Assembly: GCA_036689295.1 (NCBI GenBank)
Contig: CP144785.1
Location: 24,308 to 88,307, forward strand
Direction: 5' to 3'
DNA: 64,000 bases
Origin: Candidatus Stammera capleta
Lineage (GTDB): Bacteria > Pseudomonadota > Gammaproteobacteria > Enterobacterales > Enterobacteriaceae
Part shown: positions 26,821-37,908 of the stretch, piece by piece
How positions within the stretch are numbered: position 1 is the first letter of the stretch
Layout: each line of letters opens with the position of its first letter
Made by a program: the position numbers and the translations under genes
Notes under the pieces: generated by a model
Seen by the model: only the letters and a program-made list of their open reading frames with translations
The model's database searches: none
What the model was told of the DNA's origin: nothing

Positions 26821-27252
26821 ATGTTACAACCTAAAAAAACTAAATATAGAAAAATGCAAAAAGGTCGTAATAGAGGATTATCTAATGATACTGAAGTTAT
26901 TTTTGGTAAGTATGGTTTAAAAGCTATAACTAGAGGTTTTATATCTTCTAAACAAATAGAGTCTGCTCGTCGTGTAATTACTAGATCAATAAAAAAACAG
27001 GGTTCTATTTGAATAAGAATATTTCCTGATAAACCTATTACTAAAAAACCTTTAGAAATTCGTATGGGTAAAGGTAAAGGTAATGTTGAATATTGAGTTT
27101 CAGTTATAAAACCTGGTAAAATTTTATATGAATTAGATGGAGTTGATGAATTTGTAGCTAGAAATGCTTTTAAATTAGCTAGTGCTAAATTATCAGTTAA
27201 AACAATTTTTGTTATTAAAGATTATTTATTATGATTAACAAAAGATTTGTAA
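26821..27252 (+). CDS. rplP: 50S ribosomal protein L16 (with predicted 6-codon tail past the ancestral ATGA stop)
   Basis: [48 protein letters not shown] at 27232-27234 sits in the ATGA overlap with the rpmC start. The next TAA is at 27250. Confidence 0.93.
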
Positions 27253-27419
27253 TTAATAAAAATATTATAGAAATTAAAAATAAATTATTTAGTTTATTAA
27301 AAGAATATTTTAATTTACGTATGAAGTTATCACTTAATAAATTAAGAAAAACTCATTTAATAAAAGTATGTAAAAAAAATATAGTTAGACTTAAAAGTTT
27401 TTTATATAAAAAAAAATAA
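27231..27419 (+). CDS. rpmC: 50S ribosomal protein L29
   Basis: [10 protein letters not shown]...[14 protein letters not shown] matches the L29 pattern (EQFNLRMQ...HLLKQVRRDVARVKT). Confidence 0.9.
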   Translation: MINKRFVINKNIIEIKNKLFSLLKEYFNLRMKLSLNKLRKTHLIKVCKKNIVRLKSFLYKKK

Positions 27420-27433
27420 ATATATAATATTAT

Positions 27434-27673
27434 ATGAAAAAAAATAAAGTAATTAAAGGTTTAGTTGTAAGTAATAAAATGAATAAAACTATTGTTGTTT
27501 TGGTAGTTAGATATATTAAACATAGAATATATGAAAAATATATTAAAAAAAGTTCTAAAATATTTGCTCATGATGAATTTAACAAATGTAATATTGGTGA
27601 TTTTGTTGAAATTAAACAATGTAGGCCATATTCTAAAAATAAATCTTGAGTATTTTTAAAATTAATAAAGTAG
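27434..27673 (+). CDS. rpsQ: 30S ribosomal protein S17
   Basis: G.VVSNKM.KTIVV, HDE.N.C..GD.V.I..CRP.SK.KSW (TGA), ending at TAG. Confidence 0.93.
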
Positions 27674-27679
27674 GTATTT

Positions 27680-28048
27680 ATGATTCAGGAAAGATCTTTA
27701 TTGTTTGTTGCAGATAATACAGGAATTAAGGTAGTTATGTGTATAAAAGTTTTAGGTGGTACTAATCGTAGATATGCTGGTATTAAAGATATAATTAAAG
27801 TTGTGGTTAAAGAGGTTTTTTCTAAAAGTAAAATTAAAAAAGGAGAAGTTTTTAAAGCTGTTATAGTAAGAACTAAATATGGTATCTGTAGATCAGATGG
27901 TTCTATAATTAGATTTGATAATAATTCTTGTGTTATATTAAATAATAATAATCAAATTTTAGGTACAAGAATTTTTGGTCCTATAGCTAGAGAATTAAGA
28001 ACTGAAAAATTTATGAAAATAGTTTCTCTTGCTCAAGAAGTAATATAA
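27680..28048 (+). CDS. rplN: 50S ribosomal protein L14
   Basis: [14 protein letters not shown]...[22 protein letters not shown] and [11 protein letters not shown]. Confidence 0.96.
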   Translation: MIQERSLLFVADNTGIKVVMCIKVLGGTNRRYAGIKDIIKVVVKEVFSKSKIKKGEVFKAVIVRTKYGICRSDGSIIRFDNNSCVILNNNNQILGTRIFGPIARELRTEKFMKIVSLAQEVI

Positions 28049-28065
28049 ATTGAGGATATAATTTT

Positions 28066-28392
28066 ATGTCATGTAAATTTCATATAAATGATAAAATTAT
28101 AGTTATATCTGGTAAAGATAAAGGTAAAATTAGTTTTATAAAAAAAGTTAACTTTAATAAAGTTATTGTTGATAATGTTAATTTAGTTTTTAAAAATATT
28201 AAATCTGTACCATCTAGTAATATTGTAGGAAATATAATAAAAAAAGAGTCTTGAATTAATATTTCTAATATTAGTCATTTTATTGTAAATTCTAATAATA
28301 AAATTATATTATCTAAAGTTGGATTTAAATATATTAAAAATAAAAAAGTTCGTTATTTAAAATATAATAATAAAATAATTGATAATAAATAA
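28066..28392 (+). CDS. rplX: 50S ribosomal protein L24
   Basis: Position in the operon, the KOW-like DKIIVISGKDKGK, and extension through TGA 28252. Confidence 0.88.
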
Positions 28393-28393
28393 A

Positions 28394-28936
28394 ATGAGTA
28401 AATTATTTAAATTATATAATAATCATATTAGATATGATTTTTTAAAAAAATTTAATTATTCTTCTATAATGAAAGTTCCTAAGATAACTAAAATAGTTTT
28501 GAATGTTAGTTTAAATTCAATTGATTTATCTAAAAAGAGATTAAATTGTGTTTATGATAATTTAAAATTGATATCAGGTCAATTTCCTATTATTATTAAA
28601 TCTAAGAAATCTATTTCAAGTTTTAAGATACGTAAAGGTTTTCCTATTGCTTGTAAAGTTACATTAAGAAAAAAATTAATGTGATATTTTTTTGATAAAT
28701 TAATATTTATTGTTATACCTAGAATAAGGGATTTTAGAGGTTTTTCAATTAAATCTTTTGATAAGTATGGTAATTTTAATTTAGGTATAAAAGAACAAAC
28801 TATATTTACTGAAATAGATTATGAAAAAGTTAATTATATTCATGGCATGAATGTATCTATTGTAATTAATAGTATTAGTATTAATGAATCTATAGAATTA
28901 TTAAAATATTTTTATTTTCCTTTTAAAAAAAATTAA
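28394..28936 (+). CDS. rplE: 50S ribosomal protein L5
   Basis: ATG at 28394 gives MSKLFKLYNN..., FNYSSIMKVPKI.KIVLN, MWYFFDKLI (TGA) and PRIRDFRG. Confidence 0.93.
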
Positions 28937-28953
28937 ATATTTGTAGGTTATTT

Positions 28954-29259
28954 ATGGCTAAAAAATCTGTTATTGCTAGAGAAAATAAAAGAATGTTGTT
29001 AATTAAAAAATTTTATTTTAAAAGATTAAATTTAAAAAAAATTATATCTAATGTTAAGTCTTCAAGTAAAGATAGATGAAATGCTATAGTTAAATTACAA
29101 TCTTTACCTAGAAATTCTAGTATTGTTAGACATAGAAATAGATGTAAATTAACTGGTAGATGTCATGGTTATCTTCGTAAATTTGGTTTAAGTAGAATTA
29201 AATTTCGCGAGTTTGCTGTTAGAGGTGATATACCTGGATTAAAAAAATCTAGTTGATAA
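28954..29259 (+). CDS. rpsN: 30S ribosomal protein S14
   Basis: [47 protein letters not shown]. The terminal W is TGA at 29254-29256, followed by TAA. Confidence 0.95.
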
Positions 29260-29304
29260 TTGTTTTATTTTATAAAATTTAAATATATAATTGGTGGTTA
29301 ATAT

Positions 29305-29697
29305 ATGATGCAAGATCCTATATCTGATATGTTTACATGTATCAGAAATGCTCAATTAGTTAATAAAAAAAAAATATATATATATTATTCTAAATTTAAA
29401 ATTTCTATTTTAAATATTTTTATTAATGAAGGTTATATAAAAAAAATAAAATTAATTTTATGTAATAATAAAAAAAAAATTAAAATTTATTTAAAGTATT
29501 TTAATGGTAATCCTGTAATTAATTATATTAAAAGAATTAGTACTCCTAGTTTACGTATATATAAATCTTGTAATGATATACCTTTATTTAAATCAGGATT
29601 TGGTGTAGTTGTTATTTCTACTTCTAAAGGTGTATTATCTGATAAACAGGCTAGAAATTTAAATATTGGTGGAGAAATTATTTGTTATATATTTTAA
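29305..29697 (+). CDS. rpsH: 30S ribosomal protein S8
   Basis: MQDPISDMFTCIRNAQ and GGEIICYIF at the C-terminus. Confidence 0.95.
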   Translation: MMQDPISDMFTCIRNAQLVNKKKIYIYYSKFKISILNIFINEGYIKKIKLILCNNKKKIKIYLKYFNGNPVINYIKRISTPSLRIYKSCNDIPLFKSGFGVVVISTSKGVLSDKQARNLNIGGEIICYIF

Positions 29698-29706
29698 AGG
29701 TAAAAT

Positions 29707-30252
29707 ATGTCACGTATTGCTAAAAAATTTATTGTTATTCCTAATGATATTAATGTTTTTATAAATAAAAATGAAATTATTTTATCTAAAGGTAATATTT
29801 TAATTAAACATAAATTTCATTGTTCTGTATTACCTTTAATAAAAAATAATAAAATTTTTTTTAATGTTAATAATATTTATTTAAAATCTTGAATGTATGC
29901 AGGTACAATTAGATCTATAGTTTATAATTCTATATTTGGTTTGCAATATGGTTATAAAAAAAAATTAATTATTATAGGAATTGGTTATAAAGCTATTATT
30001 GAAAATAATATTTTATTATTACATTTAGGTTTTTCTTATATTATAAAATATTTTATACCTTTAAATATTAATATTATTTGTTTAAACCAAAATGAAATAG
30101 AAATAAAAGGTTATGATAAACAGTTAGTTGGTCAGGTTGCATCAGATATAAGATTTTTTAGACCTCCTGAATGTTATAAACAAGGTAAAGGTATACGTTA
30201 TGAAAATGAGGTAGTACGTATTAAAGAACATAAAAAAAAATTAACTAAATAA
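29707..30252 (+). CDS. rplF: 50S ribosomal protein L6
   Basis: MSRIAKK.I.IP, with two co-frame ORFs joined by TGA 29890, and RPPE.YKGKGIRY. Confidence 0.93.
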
Positions 30253-30259
30253 TAATTAT

Positions 30260-30622
30260 ATGTTTAATAAGAAGAAAGAACGTTTACGTAGATGTAAAAA
30301 AATACGTTTATTATATAAAAAATATAATAAATTACGTTTAGTTGTATATAAAACTTTAAGAAATATTTATGCTCAAATAATAAGACAAAATAATGGTTTT
30401 TCTTATGTAATATTGAGTGTTTCTACTTTAGATAAAAATGTAAGTAAAAATATTAAATATGGTGGTAATAAGATAGCTGCTGGTATTGTTGGTAAATTTA
30501 TAGCTAAAAAATCTATTATTAGAGGTATAAGGAATGTTGTTTTTGATCGTTCAGGTTTTAAATATCATGGGCGTATAAAAATTTTAGCTGATTATGCTAG
30601 AAAATATGGTTTATTATTTTAA
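30260..30622 (+). CDS. rplR: 50S ribosomal protein L18
   Basis: RL.VYKT.RNIYAQII, V.FDRSGFKYHGRIK.LAD.ARK.GL.F. Confidence 0.94.
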   Translation: MFNKKKERLRRCKKIRLLYKKYNKLRLVVYKTLRNIYAQIIRQNNGFSYVILSVSTLDKNVSKNIKYGGNKIAAGIVGKFIAKKSIIRGIRNVVFDRSGFKYHGRIKILADYARKYGLLF

Positions 30623-30642
30623 TTTAATTTATCTTAATTTTT

Positions 30643-31143
30643 ATGAAAAAATTTAATAATAATGTTGAATATTATGAAAAATTAATATTTGTTAATAGAA
30701 TTTCAAAAACAGTTAAAGGTGGTAGAATATTTTCTTTTTCTGCTTTAACTGTAGTAGGAGATGGTAAAGGAAAAGTAGGTTATGGTTATGGAAAATCTAA
30801 AGAAGTTCCTATTGCAATAAAAAAATCTTTATATAAATCTCGTAGAAATATGATATTTGTTCATTTAAATAAAAATAATACTTTAAAATATTCTGTTGAG
30901 GCTTCACATACAAGTACTATTGTATTTCTTAAACCAGCAAAAGAAGGTACAGGTATAATAGCAGGTAAATCCATGAGGTCTTTATTTGAAGTTGCTGGTA
31001 TAAAAAATATTTTATCTAAATGTTATGGTTCTAGTAATCCTATTAATGTTGTAAAAGCTACTATTAAAGCTTTATGTAAAATACAATCTCCTTTATATAT
31101 TGCTAAAAAAAGAGGAAAATTTTTAAAGGAAATTTTTATTTAA
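30643..31143 (+). CDS. rpsE: 30S ribosomal protein S5
   Basis: [44 protein letters not shown]. Confidence 0.95.
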   Translation: MKKFNNNVEYYEKLIFVNRISKTVKGGRIFSFSALTVVGDGKGKVGYGYGKSKEVPIAIKKSLYKSRRNMIFVHLNKNNTLKYSVEASHTSTIVFLKPAKEGTGIIAGKSMRSLFEVAGIKNILSKCYGSSNPINVVKATIKALCKIQSPLYIAKKRGKFLKEIFI

Positions 31144-31166
31144 TTAATTTATTGTAAGGTTATTAT

Positions 31167-31604
31167 ATGTTATTTTTAAATACTTTATATAGTTTTTTAA
31201 AATTAAAAAAAAAGAAAAGATTAGGAAGAGGTATAGGATCTGGATTAGGGAAAACTTGTGGTAGAGGTCATAAAGGACAAAAATCTAGATCTGGTTATAA
31301 TATAAATAGGTATTTTGAAGGTGGACAAACTCCTTTTTATAGAAGAATACCTAAATTTGGTTTTAATAGTAAAAAAAATATTTATTTTAAAGAATTATGT
31401 TTATATAAATTAAATATTTTAAGTAATAATGATTATATTGATTTAGATTTGTTGAAAAAAAAAAAATTGATTGGTTTTGATATTAAATTAGTTAAAATAA
31501 TATTAAAAGGAAGATTAAATATTAAAAATATTACTATTATAGATAATAGAATTAAATGTTCTTCTTCTATTTTAAATTTATTAAATATTAATTATAAAAA
31601 ATAA
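31167..31604 (+). CDS. rplO: 50S ribosomal protein L15
   Basis: [27 protein letters not shown]. Confidence 0.95.
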   Translation: MLFLNTLYSFLKLKKKKRLGRGIGSGLGKTCGRGHKGQKSRSGYNINRYFEGGQTPFYRRIPKFGFNSKKNIYFKELCLYKLNILSNNDYIDLDLLKKKKLIGFDIKLVKIILKGRLNIKNITIIDNRIKCSSSILNLLNINYKK

Positions 31605-31630
31605 TTTTTATTTTAATTTGGATTATATAT

Positions 31631-32929
31631 ATGTATATAAAAGATATTTTATTTGATTCTATTTTTGATAGTTTAAAAGAATTAAAAAATAGAATTATAT
31701 TTTTATTATTTTCTATATTTATTTTTCGTATAGGTACATATATTTCTATACCTGGGATTAATATTTATATATTAAATAATTTATTAAAAAATAATATTAG
31801 TTTAAATAATATATTTAATTTTTTTTCTGGTGGATCTTTATATAATTTTTCTATATTTACTTTAGGTGTTATACCTTATATATCTTCATCAATAATTATT
31901 CAATTATTAACTATTATTTTTCCTTATTTTAAAGAATTAAAAAAAGAAGGTATTAATGGTAAATATATTATTAATAAATATATAAAATATTTAACATTTT
32001 TATTATCTATTATTCAATCTATTATTATTTCTATTACTATAATTAAATTTAATAATTATAAAAGTATTTTTTTAAATGATAATTGATATATATATTTTAT
32101 ATCTATACTAAGTTTAGTTACTGGTACTATGTTTTTGATTTGATTAAGTGAACAAATATCTGAGTATGGATTAGGTAATGGAATATCTGTTATTATATTT
32201 ATTGGAATTATTTCTAATTTACCTTATTTTTTATATAAATTATTATATAATTTATCTTACTCAAAATTAATATTATTTTTTTTTTTAATTTTATTTATTA
32301 TTTATTTTATAATTTATGTAGAAAGTGCTCAGAGAAAAATATTAGTTCAATATGCTTCTAAAAGATATATTAGTAATATTTATTTATTTCCTTCATATAG
32401 TACTTTTTTACCATTAAAAATTAATATGTCTGGAGTTATTCCTTCTATTTTTACTTCTAGTATTATGTCTATACCATCTTTTGTTTTAATTTTTTTAAAT
32501 AATTATGTAGAATCTGATTTTTTAAAATATATTTCTTTATTATTTTATCCTAATCATTTTTTATATTTAATATTTTATTTATTTTTTATAATTTTTTTCT
32601 GTTTTTTTTATACTTTATTAATGTATAATTCTAATGATATATCTGAGAATTTAAAAAAAACTGGTGCTTATATTCCTGGAATTAGACCTGGAAACAGTAC
32701 ATCTAATTATTTGAATAAAATTATGTTAAGATTAACTTTATTTGGTTCTATTTATATATCAATTATTTGTTTAATTCCTAATTTTATATGTAATATGATA
32801 GGTATTGATTTTAATTTTAGTGGAACTTCTTTATTAATAACTATTATAGTTATTATGGAGTTTATTTCTCAGATAAAATCTTTAATAATGTCAAATAAAT
32901 ATTTTTCAATTTTTAAAAGATATAGTTAA
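31631..32929 (+). CDS. secY: protein translocase subunit SecY
   Basis: ORFs 31631 and 32426 are co-frame. Motifs FR.GTYI.IPGI, FSGG...[17 protein letters not shown], and position between rplO and rpmJ. Length is 432 aa. Confidence 0.92.
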
Positions 32930-32933
32930 ATTT

Positions 32934-33050
32934 ATGAAAGTGAGAGCTTCTATTAAAAAATTTTGTTCTTTTTGTAAAATTGTTAAGCGTTTTGGTATAT
33001 TATATGTTATTTGTAGTAATAATCCTAAACACAAACAACGTCAAGGTTAA
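32934..33050 (+). CDS. rpmJ: 50S ribosomal protein L36
   Basis: [38 protein letters not shown], 38 aa. Confidence 0.93.
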   Translation: MKVRASIKKFCSFCKIVKRFGILYVICSNNPKHKQRQG

Positions 33051-33065
33051 GGTTATATTATAATT

Positions 33066-33419
33066 ATGGTTAGAATATGTGGAGTTAATATTTCAGAAAA
33101 TAAATCTGTTTTATATGCTTTAACTTCTATTTATGGTATAGGTGTATCTAGATCTAAGCATATATGTAATTCTATTGGTATTAATTATTATATTAAGTTT
33201 AATAAATTAGATGATAAAAATATAAATTTAATTAGAAAAAAAATATCTAATTTTATTTTAGAAGGTGATTTAAGAAGAGATATAATGTTAAATATAAAAA
33301 GATTGATTGATATTAATTGTTATAGAGGTTTGAGACATAGAAAAAAATTACCTGTTAGAGGTCAACGTACAAAAACTAATGCTAAAACTTGTAAAAAACT
33401 TCGTAAATTTATAAAATAA
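33066..33419 (+). CDS. rpsM: 30S ribosomal protein S13
   Basis: MVRICGVNI...[34 protein letters not shown]. Confidence 0.95.
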   Translation: MVRICGVNISENKSVLYALTSIYGIGVSRSKHICNSIGINYYIKFNKLDDKNINLIRKKISNFILEGDLRRDIMLNIKRLIDINCYRGLRHRKKLPVRGQRTKTNAKTCKKLRKFIK

Positions 33420-33433
33420 TAGTTTGGTGTTTT

Positions 33434-33823
33434 ATGTCTAAAATATTTAAAAAAAAAACTAAAAAAAGTAAAAAACAAATATTAAATGGTATAGCTCATA
33501 TATATGCTTCATTTAATAATACTATAATAAGTATAACAGATATTTTTGGTAATGTATTAGCGTGAAGTACATCAGGAGGATCAGGGTTTAGAGGATCTAG
33601 AAAATCTACTCCTTTTGCTGCACAAAAAGCTACTGAAAAATGTGTTGAAATGGTTAAAGTTTATGGTATTAAGAATATAGAAGTTATGGTTAATGGTCCT
33701 GGTCCAGGTAGGGAATCTAGTATTAGAGCATTACATAATTGTGGTTTTAATATAATTAATATTAGTGATGTAACTCCTATACCTCATAATGGTTGTCGTC
33801 CTCCTAAAAAGAGACGTGTATAA
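33434..33823 (+). CDS. rpsK: 30S ribosomal protein S11
   Basis: [43 protein letters not shown] (W encoded by TGA) and [16 protein letters not shown]. Confidence 0.95.
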
Positions 33824-33859
33824 TAATTATTTATTATAATTTAATTTATAGGTGATTTA

Positions 33860-34480
33860 ATGTCTAAATTTTTAGGTTCTAAACTAAAATTAAGTCGTCG
33901 TGAAGGTACAGATTTGTTTTTAAAATCTGGTTTATGTGATATTAATAAAAAATGTAAAATAGATCGTTTACCAGGTGAACATGGTTATAAAAAAAGTAGA
34001 TTATCTGATTATGGTTTACAATTACGAGAAAAACAAAAATTACGTCGTATATATTGTGTTTTTGAAAAACAGTTTTTAAATTATTATAAAAAATCTATTA
34101 AATCTAAAAATAATACTGGTAAAATGCTTTTTAATTTTTTAGAAAGAAGATTAGATAATGTTGTTTATAGAATGGGTTTTGGAACTACACGTTTAGATTC
34201 TCGTCAATTAGTTAGTCATAAACTTATTAAAGTTAATAATAAAATAGTTAATATTCCTTCTTTTTTATTGTCTGAAGGTGATATTGTTAGTATAGTAGAT
34301 AAAGCTAAAAATTATGATAGAATTAAATATTCTTTAGAGTTATTTAAAAAACGTGAATTTCCTATTTGATTAGATGTAAATATTAAAAAAATGGAAGGTA
34401 TATTTAAATATATTCCTGATAGAAAGTATTTTTTATCTGATATACAAGAACATCTTATTTTGGAATTTTATTCAAAATAA
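33860..34480 (+). CDS. rpsD: 30S ribosomal protein S4
   Basis: [48 protein letters not shown]...RQLVSH. It continues past TGA 34367 to ..LEFYSK. Confidence 0.95.
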
Positions 34481-34505
34481 ATATATTTTAGGATTTTATT
34501 TAATT

Positions 34506-35519
34506 ATGTTTAATAAAAAAGAATTAGAAACAAATTTAATTAAAGTTAAAAATAAATATAAAAATTGTTCTTTAATAATTTTAAGTCCTTTAGAAAAAGG
34601 TTTTGGTCATACATTAGGTAATATTTTAAGACGTATATTATTATCTTCTATTCCAGGTTATGCTGTTACTGAATTAGAAATAAAAGATGTATTACATGAA
34701 TATAGTACTAAAGAAGGTTTATTGGAAGATATTATAGAAATAATTTTAAATTTTAAGAGATTATCTATTAAATTGGAAGATAATTTAGATGAAGCTTTTT
34801 TATTTATAAAAAAAAAAGGTATTGGACCTGTTTTGGCTTCTGATATTGTTTCTGATTCTAAATTTTCTATAGTTAATCCTAATTATGTTATATGTAATTT
34901 AACATCTAAAGATGCTTTTATTGATATGCGTATTAAAGTTGAATTAGGTAAAGGATATGTATCTTCTTTATGTAGATCTGATAAATTTAAGGATAATTCT
35001 AATGTATCTATAGGAAAATTATTTATTGATGCTATATATTCTCCTATAGTTCGTGTATCTTATAATGTAGAAAATACCCGTATTAAAGATAATAATGATT
35101 TTGATAAATTAATTATTGAAATAGAAACTAATGGAACTATAGAACCTGAATTAGCTTTACGTAAATCAGTTAATATTTTAGTTAATAAATTAAAAAGAAT
35201 TATTAGTATGGAATATGATAATAATATTAATAAAGATAAAGATAAATTATTAAGTTTTGATCCAATTTTATTATTATCTGTAGATAATTTAGATCTTACT
35301 GTAAGATCTGCTAATTGTTTAAAAAATGAATCTATACAATATATAGGTGATTTAGTTCAAAAAACAGAAAGTGAATTATTAAAAACTCCTAATTTAGGTA
35401 AAAAATCTTTATTAGAAATTAAAAATATTTTATTATCTAAAGGTTTAAAATTAGGAATGAAAATAAATGGATGACCTCCTAAAGATATTAGTTATAAAAA
35501 AAATAATTTAATAAAGTAA
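34506..35519 (+). CDS. rpoA: DNA-directed RNA polymerase subunit alpha
   Basis: [25 protein letters not shown] and the C-terminal domain [39 protein letters not shown]. It extends past TGA 35472. Confidence 0.95.
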
Positions 35520-35539
35520 TTTATAAGGAATATATTATT

Positions 35540-35905
35540 ATGCGTCATAAAAATAAAGGTCGTAAATTAGGGAGAAATAGTAAACATAGAAAGTCTATGT
35601 TTATAAATATAGTTAATTCTTTAATTTATTTTGAATTAATAAAAACTACTTTATATAAAGCTAAAGAATTAAGAATTATAATAGATAATTTAATTAATAA
35701 ATCTAAAAAAAATAATTTACATATTAGAAGATTATTGTTTAAATATATACGAAATAAAAGTAATGTTAATAAATTATTATATATAATAGCTCCTAGATTT
35801 GTTAATGTATTTGGTGGATATACTAGAATATTAAAATGTGGTTTTAGAAATGGAGATAATTCTCCTATGGTATATATAGAAATATTAAAGAGAAATATTA
35901 ATTAA
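35540..35905 (+). CDS. rplQ: 50S ribosomal protein L17
   Basis: MRHKNKGRKLGRNSKHRK.M, GGYTRILK.GFR.GD..PM.YIE. Confidence 0.94.
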   Translation: MRHKNKGRKLGRNSKHRKSMFINIVNSLIYFELIKTTLYKAKELRIIIDNLINKSKKNNLHIRRLLFKYIRNKSNVNKLLYIIAPRFVNVFGGYTRILKCGFRNGDNSPMVYIEILKRNIN

Positions 35906-35929
35906 ATATAATTTAAAATTAATTTATTT

Positions 35930-37024
35930 ATGGTTAGACCTATATTTTGTAGTTTAAATATTAATAATTTAAGAAATAATTTATTTTTAATACGTAAATT
36001 TTCTGGTTTTAGAAAAATATGGTTTGTTATAAAAGGTAATGCTTATGGTCATGGTATAAAAAATATTTATAATTATATTTATAATGATGTTGATGGTTTT
36101 GCTGTTGTTACTTTAAATGAAGCTTTATGTTTAAGAAATTTAGGTTTTAAAAAATATATTTTATTATTAGAGGGTTTTTTTGATTTAGATGATATTAAAT
36201 TGTGTATTGAACTAAATTTAATTATTGTTTTACATAGTATTTGACAAATAAAATTACTATTAGATAATGTAAATATTTTTGGTAATAAAAAAATTGATAT
36301 TTATTTAAAATTTAATAATGATTTAAATAGATTAGGTTTTAATTATAAAAAAATTAAATTTTTATTTTATTTATTAAAAAAAAAATTTTTTATAAATACT
36401 ATATCTTTAATGTTTCATTTATCTAGATCTAGTAAAAATGATTCTAAATATTATTATTTTAATAATTATAATAAATTAATAAAAATTAATTTTTATAATA
36501 TTTCTGTTTTTAGTTCTTCTGGTTTAATTTGACATGTAAATAATATATATACTAATTGATTACGTGTTGGTATTTTATTATATGGATCTTCTCCTACTGG
36601 AGATTTTAATGATATTAAAAAATATGGTTTTAAACCTGTTATGAGTTTTTATAGTAAATTAATTTGTATAAATAAAATAAATTATGGTCAGGGAGTTGGT
36701 TATAATCATAGTTATATATGTAATTATAAAAAAAGATTAGTTGGTGTTGTTGCTTGTGGTTATGCTGATGGTTATTTAAGACAATTATCTAATAAATCTT
36801 TTGTTTTAGTAAATAATTTAATAAAAAGTAGAGTAATTGGTTATATATCTATGGATATGATGATGATAGATCTTTCATATAACTATAATATTAAAATTGG
36901 TTCTATAGTTGAATTATGAGGAGAAAACTTACATATAGATAGTGTAGCTAAGAAAGCTAATACTATTAGTTATCATTTAATGTGTTCTATTAATCATGAT
37001 AGAGTTTTTTTTAAATACGAATAA
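35930..37024 (+). CDS. alr: alanine racemase
   Basis: The PLP-lysine motif VIKGNAYGHG is present. ORFs 35930 and 36641 are co-frame. Other motifs are GVGYNHSY, ACGYADGY and SMDMMMIDL. Length is 364 aa. Confidence 0.88.
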
Positions 37025-37029
37025 TTTTT

Positions 37030-37887
37030 ATGATTACGTTTCAGAAATTGATTTTTAAATTATATAAATATTGATCAAATATTGGATGTAATATTGTTCA
37101 ATCATGAGATATTGAAATAGGTGCTGCTACATTTCATCCAATTACTTTTTTTAATTCTTTAATTAAAAAAAATAGTTTTTTTTCTTATTTACAATTATGT
37201 AGAAGACCTAATGATTCTAGTTATTGTAAAAATAATAATAAATTACAACAATATTATCAATTTCAAGTTATTATAAAACCAGATATTAATAATATACAAA
37301 ATATATATATAGATTCTTTAAAATATTTAGGAATTAATTTAAATTTATGTGATTTACGTTTTATTGAAGATGATTGGGAAAATCCTACTTTAGGAGCTTA
37401 TGGTGTAGGTTGAGAAGTTTGATTAAATGGTATTGAAATTACTCAATTTACTTATTTTCAAAAAATGGCAGGATTTGATTGTATACCTTCTATGGTGGAA
37501 ATAACTTATGGTTTAGAAAGAATATCTTTATATTTACAAAATATTGATAAAATTAATAATTTAATTTGAAATGAAAATAAATATTTATTAAAGTATAATA
37601 CATTATTTTTTAATAATGAATTAGAAAAATCTTTATATAATTTAAATAATTTAAATATTAAATTTTTAGAATTATGTATGAATAATTATAAAAATGAATC
37701 TTTAAGATTAATAAATTTAAATAATCCATTAATAATTTTGTCATATGAATTTGCAGTAAAAATGGTTTATTATTTTAATATTTTAGATTCAAAAAAATGT
37801 TTTTCTAGTATTGAAAGACAAAGAAATATATTATGTATTAGAAGTATTTTTAATAAAATAGCTAGTATTTATTTATCAAAATTATAA
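37030..37887 (+). CDS. glyQ: glycine--tRNA ligase alpha subunit
   Basis: [34 protein letters not shown] (W encoded by TGA), [30 protein letters not shown]. Co-frame with ORF 37678. Confidence 0.92.
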
Positions 37888-37908
37888 AATTAATTTTATT
37901 GGTGTTTA

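Noticed and set aside
28379-28393. A TTG start for rplE overlapping the end of rplX.
   Set aside because: ATG at 28394 reproduces the conserved L5 N-terminus (MSKL..YNN), so the TTG extension is unnecessary.
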